From the NCBI GenBank assembly GCA_951406725.2, contig OX597820.1, forward strand, positions 66,774,001 through 66,838,000: a stretch of 64,000 nt of DNA, given 5' to 3'. Of the stretch, positions 1-12,900 are shown one piece after another. Numbering within the stretch: the first letter of the stretch is position 1; the number at the start of each line of letters is the position of its first letter. The position numbers and the translations under genes are program-made. Source of the DNA: Octopus vulgaris. Taxonomy: Eukaryota. The notes under the pieces were generated by a model that was given only the letters and a program-made list of their open reading frames with translations, searched no databases and was not told where the DNA came from.

Positions 1-431
1 CCCAATTTTGTGTATAACCTGCTGTTTTTTGGTACACACTGTAGCTTCAACTGTCCCAGCTAAGACAGGACACAGTTGTTGGTGGTAGGGTAAAGTAAAC
101 AATGTTGGTGGTGGTGATGATGGTGATGGTGATGGTGGTGGTGGTGGTGGTGGTGGTGACGGTGGTAGCATGTTTGCTAATGTGTGTGCATAAACAAGGA
201 GAGAAACAGAAAGACAGACAGTGAGTGTGTCTTGTGTGTGTGTGTGTTTAATGTAATGTATCTTTTTGTGTGGATACTTGGATTGTGGCTTTTATTCACC
301 CTCTCTATATTTTGTGTGTATATCTTGTGTATATAATTGTGTGTGTGTATATATTTTTGTCCTGCCAGTATTTACGCATCGTGTGTACTTATGTAATATT
401 TGCAGTCCTCCATGTTTATTTCTTTTGTTCC

Positions 432-760
432 TTTACTTGTTTCAGTCATTTGACTGTAGCCATGCTGGAGCACCACCTTTAGTCGAGCAAATCACCCCCA
501 GGACTTATCCTTTGTAAATCCAGTACTTATTCTATCGGTCTCCTTTTTTCTGAACTGCTAGGTTATAGGGATGTAAACACACCAACACCGGTTGTCAAGC
601 AATGATGGGAGGACAAACACAGACACACATATACAACGGGCTTCTTTCAGTTTCCGTCTACCAAATCCACTCGTAAGGCTTAAGGCTTTGGTCAGCCCGA
701 GACTATAATAGAAGACATGTGCCCAAGGTGCCATGCAGTGGGACTGAACCCAGAACCATA
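432..760 (-). mobile_element. SINE family A copy (tRNA-derived head, internal microsatellite)
   Basis: Reverse complement of the family A pattern: TTTACTTGTTTCAGTCATTTGACTG...CTACCAAATCCACTC...CCCAAGGTGCCATGCAGTGGGACTGAACC; head slightly truncated. Confidence 0.85.
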
Positions 761-825
761 AGAAATAGCTTACCTTTATGTTCTTATGTTTAAAAACTTT
801 GTTGAACAACACATGCAAAGCAGCT

Positions 826-828
<3 letters not shown>

Positions 829-872
<44 letters not shown>
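829..872. repeat. (TA)n microsatellite
   Basis: Pure TA run. Confidence 0.95.
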
Positions 873-875
<3 letters not shown>

Positions 876-1084
876 CTGTATGTTATATTTTAATAATTAC
901 TGGTATCTTTATATATTAATATATTTTATATGTAAAGCATAATGTTATACATCTAAGTATATTGTTGTAATTGTCATTTTAGTAAATAAATAAATAAGTT
1001 GACATAATATAATGTCTAAAAGTTGATGAATACCACCTATTGATCCCCTCCATTTTCTTATTGCTCTATATATGCATGTATATA

Positions 1085-1319
1085 TTCTTTTACTGTGTAT
1101 ATATTCTTTGACTGCAGCCATGCTGGAGCACTGCATAAAAGGGTATTTTAGGGAAAGAAATCATTCCTGGGACTTATTTTTGTAAACCTAGTACTTAGTT
1201 TTATCACTCCCTTTGGCCAAGCTGCTAAGTTACAGGGACATAAATACACCACCGTCACTTGTCAAGCGATGGTGGGGAGACAAACACAGACACAAAGACA
1301 CATTTGCACAAATATATAT

Positions 1320-1355
<36 letters not shown>

Positions 1356-1358
1356 GTG

Positions 1359-1390
<32 letters not shown>

Positions 1391-1567
1391 TACACACATA
1401 CATATATATATATATTTACACAACAGGCTTCTTACAGTTTCCACCTACCAAATCCACTCATAAGGCTTTGGCAGAAGACGCTTGCCTAAGATGCCACGCA
1501 GTGAGACTGAACCTGGAACCATGTGGTTAGGAAGCAAGCTTCTTACCACATAGCCACGCCTGTGCCT
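1085..1567 (-). mobile_element. SINE family A copy with expanded (CA)/(TA) centre
   Basis: GACTGCAGCCATGCTGGAGCAC tail through CTTACCACATAGCCACGCCTG head. Confidence 0.85.
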
Positions 1568-2684
1568 CTACATACGTGTGTGTGTGTGTGTGTGTGTATG
1601 TATATGAATATATTTATAACCACATATACTTGTCTGTGTGTGTGTGTGTGTGTGTGAATGAGAGACAAAGAGACAGCAACACAGATGGACAGACAGAGAA
1701 GGGTGGGGGAAAAAAAAAACAAAGTGTTATAAAACCCTGCAAAAAAAAAACTGCCCATGTTGCAGCATCTATACGCACCTCCTACTGGTAAACATTTGCC
1801 AAAGAGCACAGAAGCGTACAGACCTTTAGGTGGGTGTATATGTTGATATACTCCCCAGTTTGCTGTGTGTTTGTTGGGGGGACATTATTTTTCTCTAATT
1901 AAATAATGTTTATCTTACTTGCATGCCAGAAAAGCACACAGGAAGGGGGACTCCCTCTACTTGTGTGTGTATGTGTGTGTGTGTGTGTGTGTGAGTGAGT
2001 GTGTGATCACATGTTAGTTTTGATGTGTGCGTGTGTGTGTGTTTGTGTATGCATGCGATTGTATATTAACTTTGGTGTGCGCATGTGTGTTTGTGATTGT
2101 ATGTGTGCATGTAATTGTATGTTACTTTTAGTGTGTGTGTGTGTAGCCTATGTATATGTACATATATATCTACATGAGTGTGTGTGTGTGAAGCCTATGT
2201 ACATGTACATATATGTATATCTACATGAGTGTGTGTGTGTGTATTTCATTGTATAATAGTTTTGGTATATTTGTCTGTGTGTATATGTATTTATATGTGT
2301 GTGTGTTTGTATGTACTTGTGTGTGTGTATGTGAGTGTCTTTCCATGTTTGATATCTATTTGTTACCAAGTATTGCAGAAATTCGATGAGGTGCGATGGC
2401 ATGAAAGGGGGAGGTAACTCTTAATGTATATAGTGTGTGTGTGTATGTCTGTCTGTCTGTTGGGTGGGGTGCGGTTTCCCATATTCTCTCTCTCCCACCA
2501 CCATTTATTCACGTTTGAAGGTGATTTTAGTTCCCACTTCACATCACCACCACCAACTCCACCTCAACTGTTTCTCCATTTCATATTTTATGTATTTTTA
2601 TGCAATTTCCCAGATGTCTAGAAAACAACAAGAGACTACATACACACACACCACACACCCACCCCCACCCCACACACACACGTG

Positions 2685-2965
2685 CTGGTGTGGCTTTGTG
2701 GTAAGACATTTGCTTTCCAACCACATGGTTTCTGGTTCAGTCACACTGTGTGGCACCTTGAGCAAATATTTTCTAATGCTTTGCTGATGTGGTTCACACA
2801 AACTGACAGAAGCTCAGATTTTGTGTGTGTGTGTGCGTGTGTGTGTGCACGCGCGCGCGCTTCTTTGTCATGACATCGTTTGATAGTTGTAAATGAGCGT
2901 CACTGTCATACTAGCAGCTTCCTTTGTTTCCAAATTTCTGTGTTTAACTTTTTTCTCGGACATTT
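2685..2965 (+). mobile_element. Diverged SINE A head with alternative 3' body
   Basis: GGTGTGGCTTTGTGGTAAG...GGTTCAGTCACACTG...GGCACCTTGAGCAA, then a body resembling 37385-37590. Confidence 0.6.
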
Positions 2966-3002
2966 ATAATGTGTCTAGGACCTAGAGGCAGTGGTGAATG
3001 CG

Positions 3003-3004
<2 letters not shown>

Positions 3005-3035
<31 letters not shown>

Positions 3036-3637
3036 GGCTAGGTCCCAACCCAGGCTGCAGCAACAGAGTCCACCTGCTGACACTTGTCGGTTCGTCATCA
3101 CTGCCTCAATGTCCTGGATACATTCCAGGCCAGTGTCTGCAATCAGGTTGCTCATGTATGATGTTTTCCTCTTCTTGCATCGTCATAAAGGTGGATTCCA
3201 CAAGGCTAATTTGGATGCTTCCAGTTCAGGGTGGCACATGGCAGTGACCAGATAGTTGTAGCCATCTTTGCCTCATTCTCTCGTTAACTTTCAGCAGGTT
3301 TCCGTAAAGGCATTCATTTGTCATATGTTGCTGCAATTTCACACATTTATTGTTCTTAATATTATATTGTATGATGAGATGCAATACACATTTGTCAGTG
3401 ACCAGGTTGCAGTTTTGAGTGACCATTCTTTGGACACCGTATTACAATCAGTTAAATGTTTAAGTGAAATTAACAGTCTTCGTTTTGTGTGTTTCTGAAC
3501 AGTTAACATGTGTCTTTCATGTTTCAACTGTGGTAACATTTTTTAGTTCCTCTCAAACTAATTTCTTCACAATATACTTTCGCATACTAATGTTTATCCT
3601 CAGTTAATGCAATCATCTGTTTTGAGTTGTTCTAAGA
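3005..3637 (-). pseudogene. RTE-clade LINE 3' end (decayed ORF C-terminus plus (TAA)n tail)
   Basis: Minus-strand translation HMTNECLYGNLLKVNERMRQRWLQLSGHC / HPELEASKLALWNP...SYMSNLIADTGL..IEAVMTNRQV fits the RTE C-terminal pattern (H.TN..LYG.L.....IR.RRLRLAGHC.RH.E...S.L.LW.P...DTGL); stops and frameshifts present; tail at 3005-3033. Confidence 0.8.
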
Positions 3638-3932
3638 CACTGGTTCCCAAACATTTTCAGGTTGCCGCTCCTTTGGAACCCAGAGCATATTCCTAGTGCT
3701 CCCACCCCACTCACCACCACAAAACAAAAACCATTTTCATCATCAAATTCAAAATGACTGCATTTCATAAGTTAAGCTCAACCTAATCAATCCACTATTT
3801 GAGAGTTTTTTTACATTCTTCACCCCCTTTTGGCCACCCTATTTTCACCCCCACTTTTCTTCTGCACTCCCTGGATCTTTCCACTCCCCACCCCTCCCAG
3901 AGGAACAGTACCACCCACTTTGAGAACTGCTG
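3638..3932. mobile_element. hAT (Charlie-like) MITE
   Basis: Termini CACTGGTTCCCAAAC ... CTTTGAGAACTGCTG resemble CAGTGGTT...AACCACTG hAT TIRs; TSD not recovered. Confidence 0.6.
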
Positions 3933-4358
3933 TAATCACTGTTCTACGATAATAAAACTTGAAATCAGAAATACATTCCTGGTCCATCTATAGCAGTAAA
4001 TTTGTGTTTGGTGGAATAGAAATCACTTTAGTAGATACACATGTCTGGTGGTAATCATGATTTGAAATATAGCCAGAAGCAATGTCTAAGACCTCAAGTG
4101 CCTTGGGCTTGAAACTATTCTTCTTACAATAACATCTGACAGCAGGCCAAAATTATTCATCGAACTGTTCAGTAAATAAATCCTGTGTAACCCAAACTTT
4201 TCTTCTGGATTTTAATATAACAGACTTTTTTTTTTTTAGATGCCTTTCAATGTACCAGAATGATAAACAAGCCATGTGTTAAGATTTAAGTTTCCAATGA
4301 CTATTTCCGCCTAACTACAATGTGAGGTGATTTTCCTTGTGGCTTTACACCCTGGTAC
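3933..4358 (-). pseudogene. pogo/Tigger-type DDE transposase remnant
   Basis: Minus strand reads PGCKA...WLVYHS...RKVWVTQDLFTEQFDE*FWPAVRCYCKKNSFKPKALEVLDIASG...KVISIPPNTNLLL*MDQECISDFKFYYRR, matching pogo motifs KAWMT..LF.EWF, KALL.LDNAPGH and FLPPNTTS.IQPMDQG. Confidence 0.85.
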
Positions 4359-4387
4359 TTTTTCTCCCCCACCCCCACCTTTTTTCT

Positions 4388-4618
4388 CCCCCTTTCAATA
4401 CCAACCCACCTGAAACCACTTCTGTCTGTGCAGTACAAATGTCGTGTTTTCAAAATTTCTGAATTAAAATCTTCCACCAAACCGTAATCACAATTTATGT
4501 TCTTAACACTAGCTTAATGACAACTAAGTTTATTTTAATGAATTCTTTGTTATATTTAAAATTAATTGAAAGAAACACAGAGCATTTCAACAGAAATATG
4601 GTAGCAAAAGGGTTGAAA
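4388..4618. mobile_element. TTAA-type (piggyBac-like) MITE, diverged
   Basis: CCCTTT...ATACCAACC start and GGTAGCAAAAGGGTTGAA end; a second start CACCCTTTTGATACCAA follows at about 4641. Confidence 0.5.
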
Positions 4619-4686
4619 TATATAATAGAGAAACAATTCTTCACCCTTTTGATACCAATCTGACTACCAACTGTTTCTGGCTCTGT

Positions 4687-4846
4687 AGTTGACGTTAGGA
4701 ACGGCATCCAGCTGTAGAAACTCTGCCAGATCAGATCGGAGCATGGTGCAGCCATCTGGCTCACCAGTCCTCAGTCAAACCGTCCAAGCCATACCAGCAT
4801 GGAAACCGGATGTTAAACGATGATGAGGATGATTATGATGATAATG
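4687..4846 (+). mobile_element. Family D: RTE LINE 3' terminus
   Basis: GTTAGGAACGGCATCCAGCTGTAGAAACTCTGCCAGATCAG...CCAGCATGGAAACCGGATGTTAAAC(GAT)n; same motifs follow the RTE ORF at 31845-32760. Confidence 0.75.
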
Positions 4847-4961
4847 AATGCCTTTTGCTAGATAATGGCTTGGGTGAGGGTAGTTAACAATTACATCAAT
4901 CACCAAAACACTTAACATTTACTCCATAATTACCATTATTTCACTATGTATGTTAGTTTAA

Positions 4962-5215
4962 GTGAAGGCACATGGCCTAATGGTTAGGGAGTTGCACTCC
5001 TGTTTGCAAGGTCATAATTTTCAATTCCTGGAGCAGCAGTGTGATGTGTTCTTAAGCAAAACACTTCATTTCACATTGCTCCAATCCACTCAGCTTTAAG
5101 TACATGTCCCTGTGACGGACTGGAGTTCTGTTCAAGGGAAATGCAATGATTTCGGTCATTTATATGTCATAGACACTTGGTAAGCAGCAGTCCGAGTCCT
5201 AGGATTCGAGACAGT
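4962..5215 (+). mobile_element. SINE family C copy (tRNA head, CORE-like block)
   Basis: GAAGGCACATGGCCTAATGGTTAGG A-box; TTCAATTCCTGG B-box; TGTGTTCTTAAGCAAAACACTTCATTTCAC block. Confidence 0.7.
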
Positions 5216-5224
5216 AATATACAC

Positions 5225-5510
5225 CATCATCATCATCATCATCATCATCATCATTTAACATCCGTTTTCCCTACTGGCATTTGTTATAGGGTTTGACTGG
5301 AAATGGCAAGGTCAAGAGCAGCTCTAGGTTTTATAGTCTGCTTTGGTATGGTCCATGTGGTTGGATGCCCTTCCCAACATCAGCCATATTACAGAGTGTA
5401 ATGGGTACTTTTTATGCGACACCATCACCAGTGCTTTTTCAGTGACATCATCACCACCAGGCATTTTACATAACACCAGCACCAGTGCTTTCTTTGTGTG
5501 GCACCAGCAC
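5225..5510 (-). mobile_element. Family D RTE 3' end with duplicated subunits
   Basis: (CAT)n TTTAACATCCGTTTTCC...GGATGCCCTTCC...repeated CACCAGTGCTTT. Confidence 0.65.
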
Positions 5511-6012
5511 TAAGACAGTATTCAAGATGTCAATATTCTGAGTTTGTCGATAAAGATCTATGTTAGTTGAGAAGTGTTACTCATGCTTGAATTTTACACG
5601 GCAACTTTTACTTTGTCAGATGGCTTCATAATGGTTTTTTAATGTGACAGCACCAACTCTTAATGACTCTACAACAACACTTTCCCTTTCTCCTCCTCTT
5701 ATTCTTTCCATAATCCTTAGATCATTATCTAATGACATTACTTAACACTTACATGACAACATAACATGATGGATAAAAAGAAAACGGAATTTTTGTTTTT
5801 AAATTACTGTAGTGTAATTAAGAAATTATAAAATTGCTTTACAAGTGGTTAATGGTGTAGCATGAACAGACACTCCAGAATGCAAAGCAAATCAAGGCCG
5901 AGCGATTGGCTGACTGACTGCTTCCTTTTGTGTGTGTTAATAAAGCAACAAAATGGTTACTCTTAAGGAAATTCAAATTTAAGAATGATTTCTGATATTA
6001 AACTAATGTTTA

Positions 6013-6200
6013 AGACAGTGAGTTGGCAAAATCATTTGCATGCTGGGCAAAATACTTAAGGAGCATTTCTGCCAGTTCTTTATGATCTGAGTTTGAATTC
6101 TGCCAGGGTCAACTTTGCCTTTCATCCTTTCAGGATCGGTAAAAATAAGTACCTGTTGCACACTGGGGTTGATGTAATCAACTTAGTCCCTTCCAACCGA
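6013..6200 (+). mobile_element. SINE family B copy, diverged
   Basis: GTGAGTTGGCAAAATC...GAGTTTGAATTCTGCCAGGGTCAACTTTGCCTTTCATCCTTTCAGG...CACTGGGGTTGATGTAATC. Confidence 0.75.
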
Positions 6201-6675
6201 ACATACCACAGTTTAAAACAAATATTTTGCTTTGTTATATTATAAGCCATCACTCAGAGAGTAAATGAAAAATGAGGCCCTGGTGAGCAAGTGACCAAGA
6301 GTGTGTGTGATAACAGGCATACACACAGTATGTTTACACACATGCATGGGGCAGTATATGTACAGACTAATTATATACATACATATATACCTTCCATACA
6401 CACGTGTGTGTTTGTGTGTTTGAATGCATATTCATTCATAGGTTCAATGTCTGTCTTCTTAATGCTTCCATAGGTCGGAGTGATATGTCATTTGAAGCAT
6501 TCTTTTACAGTAGGGTGCACTTGCTGATGCTAACCCTTATGTTTTTTTGGCAACTAAGTAATCACTAACGCCACACAGCTTTGAAGAGATGAAATGTTGG
6601 ACAATTTATTGCCAGGAGAAACTGACAATTCCATCCATATACTGCACTTTTGCTGTAGTAACTGAAGGTCTAGAC

Positions 6676-6934
6676 TAATGGCTTTCAACCAGGGGTTATA
6701 TGGCCCTTGGGTGGGGTCCATGTAAGATTTTGTCCTTAAAATTTATCTGCCATAAATTCATTATACTTCCACAATATGCAAAATATTTAAATTAATTTTT
6801 TTTTATACAATCCCTAATTATATTTAATTATAAAAATGTTATATGGTTTTCAAAATTCAAATGGTCAGCAGGGTCCATCCAAGTAAAATAGGGACCAAAA
6901 AGGTCCACAAGTAAAAAATGGTTGAGAAACACAG
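6676..6934. mobile_element. hAT MITE with 8-bp TSD
   Basis: TIRs TAATGGCTTTCAACC / GGTTGAGAAACACAG; flanks GTCTAGAC (6668-6675) and GTCTAAAC (6935-6942), a Charlie-type NTCTAGAN target. Confidence 0.8.
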
Positions 6935-6979
6935 GTCTAAACAAACATACATGCAAATGCATGCTTGCATACATGCATG

Positions 6980-7012
<33 letters not shown>

Positions 7013-7013
7013 A

Positions 7014-7455
7014 CATCATCATCATTGTCATTTAATTTTAATGTCCGCTTTCTATGCTGGCATGGGTTGGACAGTTTGACTGAAAACTGGTAAGCCAGGG
7101 ACTGCAGCAGGTTCCAATCTGATTTGGCAAGATTTCTACATCTGGTTGGCCTTCCTAACACCAACCACTCCGAGAGTGTAGTGGGTACTTTTTATGTGTC
7201 ACCGGCACGACACCAGCATCGGTCATGACTGCGGTCTCACTTGGTTTGACAGGTCAACACAAGCATGGTATATTGCCAAGGGTTGTGGTCACTTATCACG
7301 GCTTCCATGAAGCCCAACACTCAAACGATGCTTTTTACATGCCACCAGCATGGGTGCCAGTCAGACAGCACTGGCGTCGACCACAACTATGATTTCACTC
7401 ATTTCAGCAGGCCTTCACAAGCACATCATATTGTTTGGCATGCTCTCAACACATG
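7014..7455 (-). mobile_element. Family D RTE 3' end, longer copy
   Basis: (CAT)n tail, CATGGGTTGGACAGTTTGAC, CCTTCCTAACACCAACCACTCCGAGAGTG, plus repeats homologous to 32042-32377. Confidence 0.75.
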
Positions 7456-7529
7456 AAACTAATAGTAGCACATAAAAACATATATTGTGTTTATTACATA
7501 ATATTTATCTCTACCCGATGGAGCACACT

Positions 7530-7686
7530 ACGCCTTTCAGTTTCTGTTTAGGAAATCCCCTCACAGGGCTTTGATTGGCCCAGGGCTGCTGTAGTAGTAA
7601 AAGATACTTGCCTCAGGTGCTGCACTGTGGAAGTGAACCGAAAATCACATGGTTGGACAGAGTATTTTGCAACCACACAGCCATGC
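7530..7686 (-). mobile_element. SINE A head fragment
   Basis: TTTCAGTTTCTG...ACTTGCCTCAGGTGCTGCACTGTGG...AACCACACAGCCATG. Confidence 0.6.
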
Positions 7687-7869
7687 TAACATCTAGCCAT
7701 GCACACACATACACACACACACACACACATTTTATGCTTATATTGATTTATTTATATTTATGAATGTATGTAGAACTATTGTGTTCTTTCTTGGAGGTGA
7801 ACTTTACAAAATTCAATTTAATTTTTCTTGCTCATACATAATACACTCATACACACACACATTTTATAA

Positions 7870-8500
7870 CTATTGATGTATGTATATGTATATATGTATA
7901 TATATTTATATATTATTTTTATATATTATTTATATATATATGTGTGTGTGGATACATGTATATGTATATATGCAATATATATATATATATATTTGTACAG
8001 ATGTATATGTACATATATATTATATATTTTTTTTATTATATATGTGTGTGTGTGTATGTATATGTAATATATATATGTGTATACCTGTATATGTTTATAT
8101 ATGGGTATACATGTATATGTGTATATATACATATATACAATATATATGTGTATATGTTTATATATATCTATGTATATATATATATATATCTATGTATATA
8201 TATATATATATGTATATATATACATATTTATATATGTGTGCTTGTGTGTGTGTATATATATATATATATATGCATATATTTATGTGTATAGATACATATA
8301 TATATTTATGTATGCATGTATATATATGTATGTACATATACATATATGCATGTATATATATGTATGTACATATACATATATGTATATATATATGTATGTA
8401 TGTATACATATATATATTATATACATATATATATATATATGTATACATATATATATTATATATATATATACATATATGTATATATGTATTGTATATATAT
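7870..8500. repeat. Long degenerate (TA/TG/CA) microsatellite field
   Basis: About 630 bp of mostly alternating purine-pyrimidine; source of the spurious MYIYI ORFs. Confidence 0.95.
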
Positions 8501-8949
8501 TGTGAATTTTATCACAGCTGCAATTGCTTTTACACTTCTAAGTGTGTGTGAGAGAGAGAGAGAGAGAAAGGTGAAGGTAATTTAATCTTTTATCTTCATT
8601 CATATGCAGTGTTCATTTAGTATTGTCTATTTTGTACACATTTCCGATTCTTAAAATCTTCAGAACCATTCTTTGATTGTTTCTACCCCCTGGAATGTTT
8701 TATTAGAAAATCTAGATGCACTGATGCCTCCTACTGGTATATTAACACAAGCATGCACACTCATATACACATATGCATATATACACCCCCATACACAATT
8801 TCATGCCTATATATAAACATGGAAATTCCACGGAAAATATACATATACACATACACGCTTCTGCATTTACACACAACCTTATGTATCTGATTTGCTCTCT
8901 CTCTCTCTCTTTCTCTCTCCTCTTCCTCCTCCTCCTCCTCTTTATCTGT

Positions 8950-10045
8950 GTGCTTATATATATGTGTGTGTGTGTGTGTGCTGGTGGGTAAGTATATATT
9001 AATGCATACATGTATGTGTGAGTGTATGTGTATATATGTGTGTGTGTATATATATATACGCACACATAAATATACACATATATACATATATATATATACA
9101 CACATTCTTATTTTTCCTTCACCCTTGTCTTTTGTTTCCTGTATATTTGAACTATATATTTGTATATGTATATATATACACATGTATATGTGTAGTATAT
9201 TTGCATATATGTGTGTATATATGCATATACTGTATATGTATGCAATATATATCTTTATATGCATCTAGATATAAATATACACATACATAAGCAAATCTCT
9301 TTGCATATGTTTAGAAATATGTGGGTGTGTGTGTGTGCGTTCGTGTGTGTGTGTGTGCATTCGCGTGTGTGTGTGCGTTCGCGTGTGGGTGTGTGTGCTC
9401 TCGAGTCTCTGCTTCTCATTGCTTATACATACACTTATACAATCATATATGATACTCATATATTAAACACACAGCCTGCTAATTTATACACTTCTGTAAT
9501 AAGCACACACACGCATGCACACACACACACACTTGAAAAGTGACTTTAACTCGTGGCCTTAAAGTAATTTGAATAAACCTTCCACCCCCACCCCCGACAC
9601 TTGCTATTCTTGTGACCCGTCTTTATTATTTAACGTAGTTTGAATTTACTCATTCCTTAACTCTGGAGTACTATGGAAATTGGAATTGGTGATGTTAAGT
9701 TTCCATACTTCACATTGTCTTCTTCTCTGTCTGTCTGTCTGTCTACCCCTGTCTTACTTTCAATTATGATATGTGCATACTTGAAGCCTACAGCAAACTG
9801 AAGATATATATATATATATATATAATGTGAATGATTGTGTATGCATGTGTATGCATGCATGAATCTACATATGTATGTGTGTGCATATATGTGTGTGTGT
9901 GTGTATATATATATATATGTATATGTATGTGTATATGTACATGTATGTATTACATGCATATGTATGTATATATATGTACATATATCACGTCTCTATATGT
10001 GTGTGTGAATGAATGCATGTATATGTGTGAGTGTGTGAATGTATA

Positions 10046-10111
<66 letters not shown>

Positions 10112-10523
10112 TGTATATATGTGTGTGTGTATGTATATATATAAACTCTTTAACTAGTTTTAGCTCAAGAGCTGCAACCATGTTGAGGCACTGCCATATA
10201 TATATCTATGTATGTATGTGTAATATATATATATATTGTATGTGTGTATACATGTTTGGGGTAGCATACATATCTATGCAGGTTTATCTACATTTTCACA
10301 TATGCACACTCACAAACATGCATATTTATACACTTGAATAAATAAATATACATGCAAATATACACATGCACACTTACACAACACATGCAGGTTTAATTTC
10401 TCAGTCAGACTAACTATACATATATAAGTCCTCTCACCCTCCAGACACACATACACACACACATACTCATACACACCCCCACACACACCATTCACAGCAC
10501 ACATACACACTCATATCTATCTA

Positions 10524-10582
<59 letters not shown>

Positions 10583-10604
10583 ATATACATATACATATAC
10601 ATAC

Positions 10605-10637
<33 letters not shown>

Positions 10638-10656
10638 TATATACATATACATATAC

Positions 10657-10695
<39 letters not shown>

Positions 10696-11288
10696 TATAT
10701 ACATATACATATACATACACATATATATACATATATGCATGTGTATGCATTTTAGAACTGGAAGCAAAACTGTTATGTTTGTGTGTTTGAATGAACATGT
10801 CTATATGTGGGTGTGTATGTTTGTATGTATATGTCTACATATGTATGTGTCCCTATGTGTGTGTATTTATATGACTATGTATGTGTGTGTTTGTGAGTGT
10901 ATATTGTATATATATATATATAGATAGATAGATAGATAGATACAAGTATATGCACACACACATACACTGGCACACATATCGCCTACATATATCACGCACA
11001 ACATATCCACACACGCAGATAGACACATACACCTACGTATACGTACTCAGCCCGTCAATAACTCCAGTGTGGCTTTCAGACATACACAATTAGATGATCC
11101 AATGAATGGTGCCGCCAGCAACACTTCCACTTATATTAGATAACACCATAATTCTCTGCCTCTACCTCATCTGCTCCACTCGCTCATTCTACACCTTCTT
11201 CTATTTTCTGGCTCTCTGCTGGAATTAATTTCCTCAGTCTGTATCCACATATTCATCCATATATATATGTGCATATATATATATATAC

Positions 11289-11364
<76 letters not shown>

Positions 11365-11460
11365 GTGTTTGTGTGTGTATATATATATACACACACACAT
11401 ACACACATATATACATATACATGTATGTATGTATGCATATGTATATTCATACACTTGCAC
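8950..11460. repeat. Compound (TA)n/(TG)n/(TATG)n/(GATA)n microsatellite region
   Basis: Multiple runs with short unique spacers; includes a ~58-bp higher-order duplication at about 10573-10740. Confidence 0.9.
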
Positions 11461-12239
11461 ATACAGAAAGGCAGTTTTGCATATTTCTATGCTAATTTTG
11501 TGAAAATAATTTAAATGGCTTGACCTTCAGTATTTTTTGCATTATTTATTTAATTATTCTCATCTTTAATTTATAAAACACACGCGCACACACACACACA
11601 CATTTGCACGTTGCCACAAACATTTCTTCACCTCTTCCTCCTCCTCTTTGTCATCTTCCCTCTGCAACCCCTCTTTACTTCATTGCTTTGCTTCCATCTG
11701 TTCTTTGTCAAGTTGCTTTCTTTTTCTGTTTGTGTATAGATCCATCCAATATGCAAGCATGCATGTATGTGTGTGTATGAGGTATATATATGATTACTTC
11801 TACAGTATTCTCTTAGTATTCCTTCAGGTGTGATTGGTTGAAACAAACAATACATAGGTTTTGTTGATCAATCAAATCCTTGTCTTGAAGCAATATCTGC
11901 ATCATCATCATCTCCATCACCATCATCATCACCATTGTCTTGTATACATAGATTGAACAAGATTGCACAACAGCAACTGCACGTACCCAAACATCAGTTA
12001 TTTTCACTCAATAAGAAAAATGCATTTCAGAAGTAATTTTTCTTTTTTTTTCCCTTAAAAAGTCCAGTTACATATGTTGGACCCACCATCAACAGCCACC
12101 TCTGATGCTCGCATTGTCCCTCCTCAGGGCCACATCAGTTATCAGTCTCTTGAAATTTTGTTAGTTATCAAACTTTTAATGTATGAGCTAACCAGTTCCT
12201 CATTGGTCTTCTTTAACCTGTGTCTGTTCATTTAAGTTC

Positions 12240-12900
12240 TGTCTCGGGACAAATTTTGATTTCATCTATCTGAGGATCAATTTTGCCTTAGCAGGTTCAT
12301 CTTCCAACAATCTTGGGATCAACTTTGTCCTAAGATCAGCTTTGTCCTCTATGTATCTTGGGGTCACCTTTGCCCTACATCCATCCAAAGATCACATTTG
12401 TCTTCCATTTATCCAGGGATCAATTTTGTCCATCCTAAGATCAGATTTGTCTACCATATATCCAGGGATCAATTTTGTCCTACATCCATCCTAAGATCTG
12501 ATTTGTCTACCATCCATCCAGGGATCAATTTTGTCCTACATCCACCTTAAGATCTGATTTGTCTGCCATCTATCCAGGGATCAATTTTGTCCTACATCCA
12601 TCCTAAGATCTGATTTGTCTACCATCTATCCAGGGATCAATTTTGTCCTACATCCACCCTAAGATCAGATTTGTCTTTCATTTGTCTAGGGATCAACTTT
12701 GTCCTACATCCATCCAAGGATCAGTTTCATCTTCTATCTAGGGATCACCTTTGTTCTACACCAATTCTGAGATCAACTTTGTCATCATACAGCAAGGCAT
12801 CAGCTTTGTCTTCCATCTATGTAGAGATCAACTTTCTCTTCTCTTCATCTAAGTATCAATTTTATCCCTTCGTTGCTTGTGAGATATAACTTTGCTTGAC
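12240..12900 (+). repeat. 28/56-bp minisatellite
   Basis: CAGGGATC recurs at 12463, 12519, 12575 and 12631 (period 56); unit CAGGGATCAATTTTGTCCTACATCCATC + CTAAGATCTGATTTGTCTACCATCTATC; degenerate monomers on both flanks. Confidence 0.9.

Noticed and set aside
7873-8585. Long ORFs rich in Y/I/M/C/V/H/T (also near 8742-11514, 34620-36328, 38554-39292, 42678-43319, 53701-54842, 57728-58413, 59784-61455)
   Set aside because: Translations of stop-free dinucleotide microsatellites, open in several frames and on both strands.
11829-12032. Possible exon between CCTTCAG and GTAATT
   Set aside because: Stops near both ends of the open frame, no ATG, low-complexity content and no homology; a non-coding exon cannot be excluded.
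12414-12690. Regularly spaced repeats suggesting a CRISPR array
   Set aside because: The intervening segments are themselves repeated, with no unique spacers, no cas genes and a eukaryotic context.
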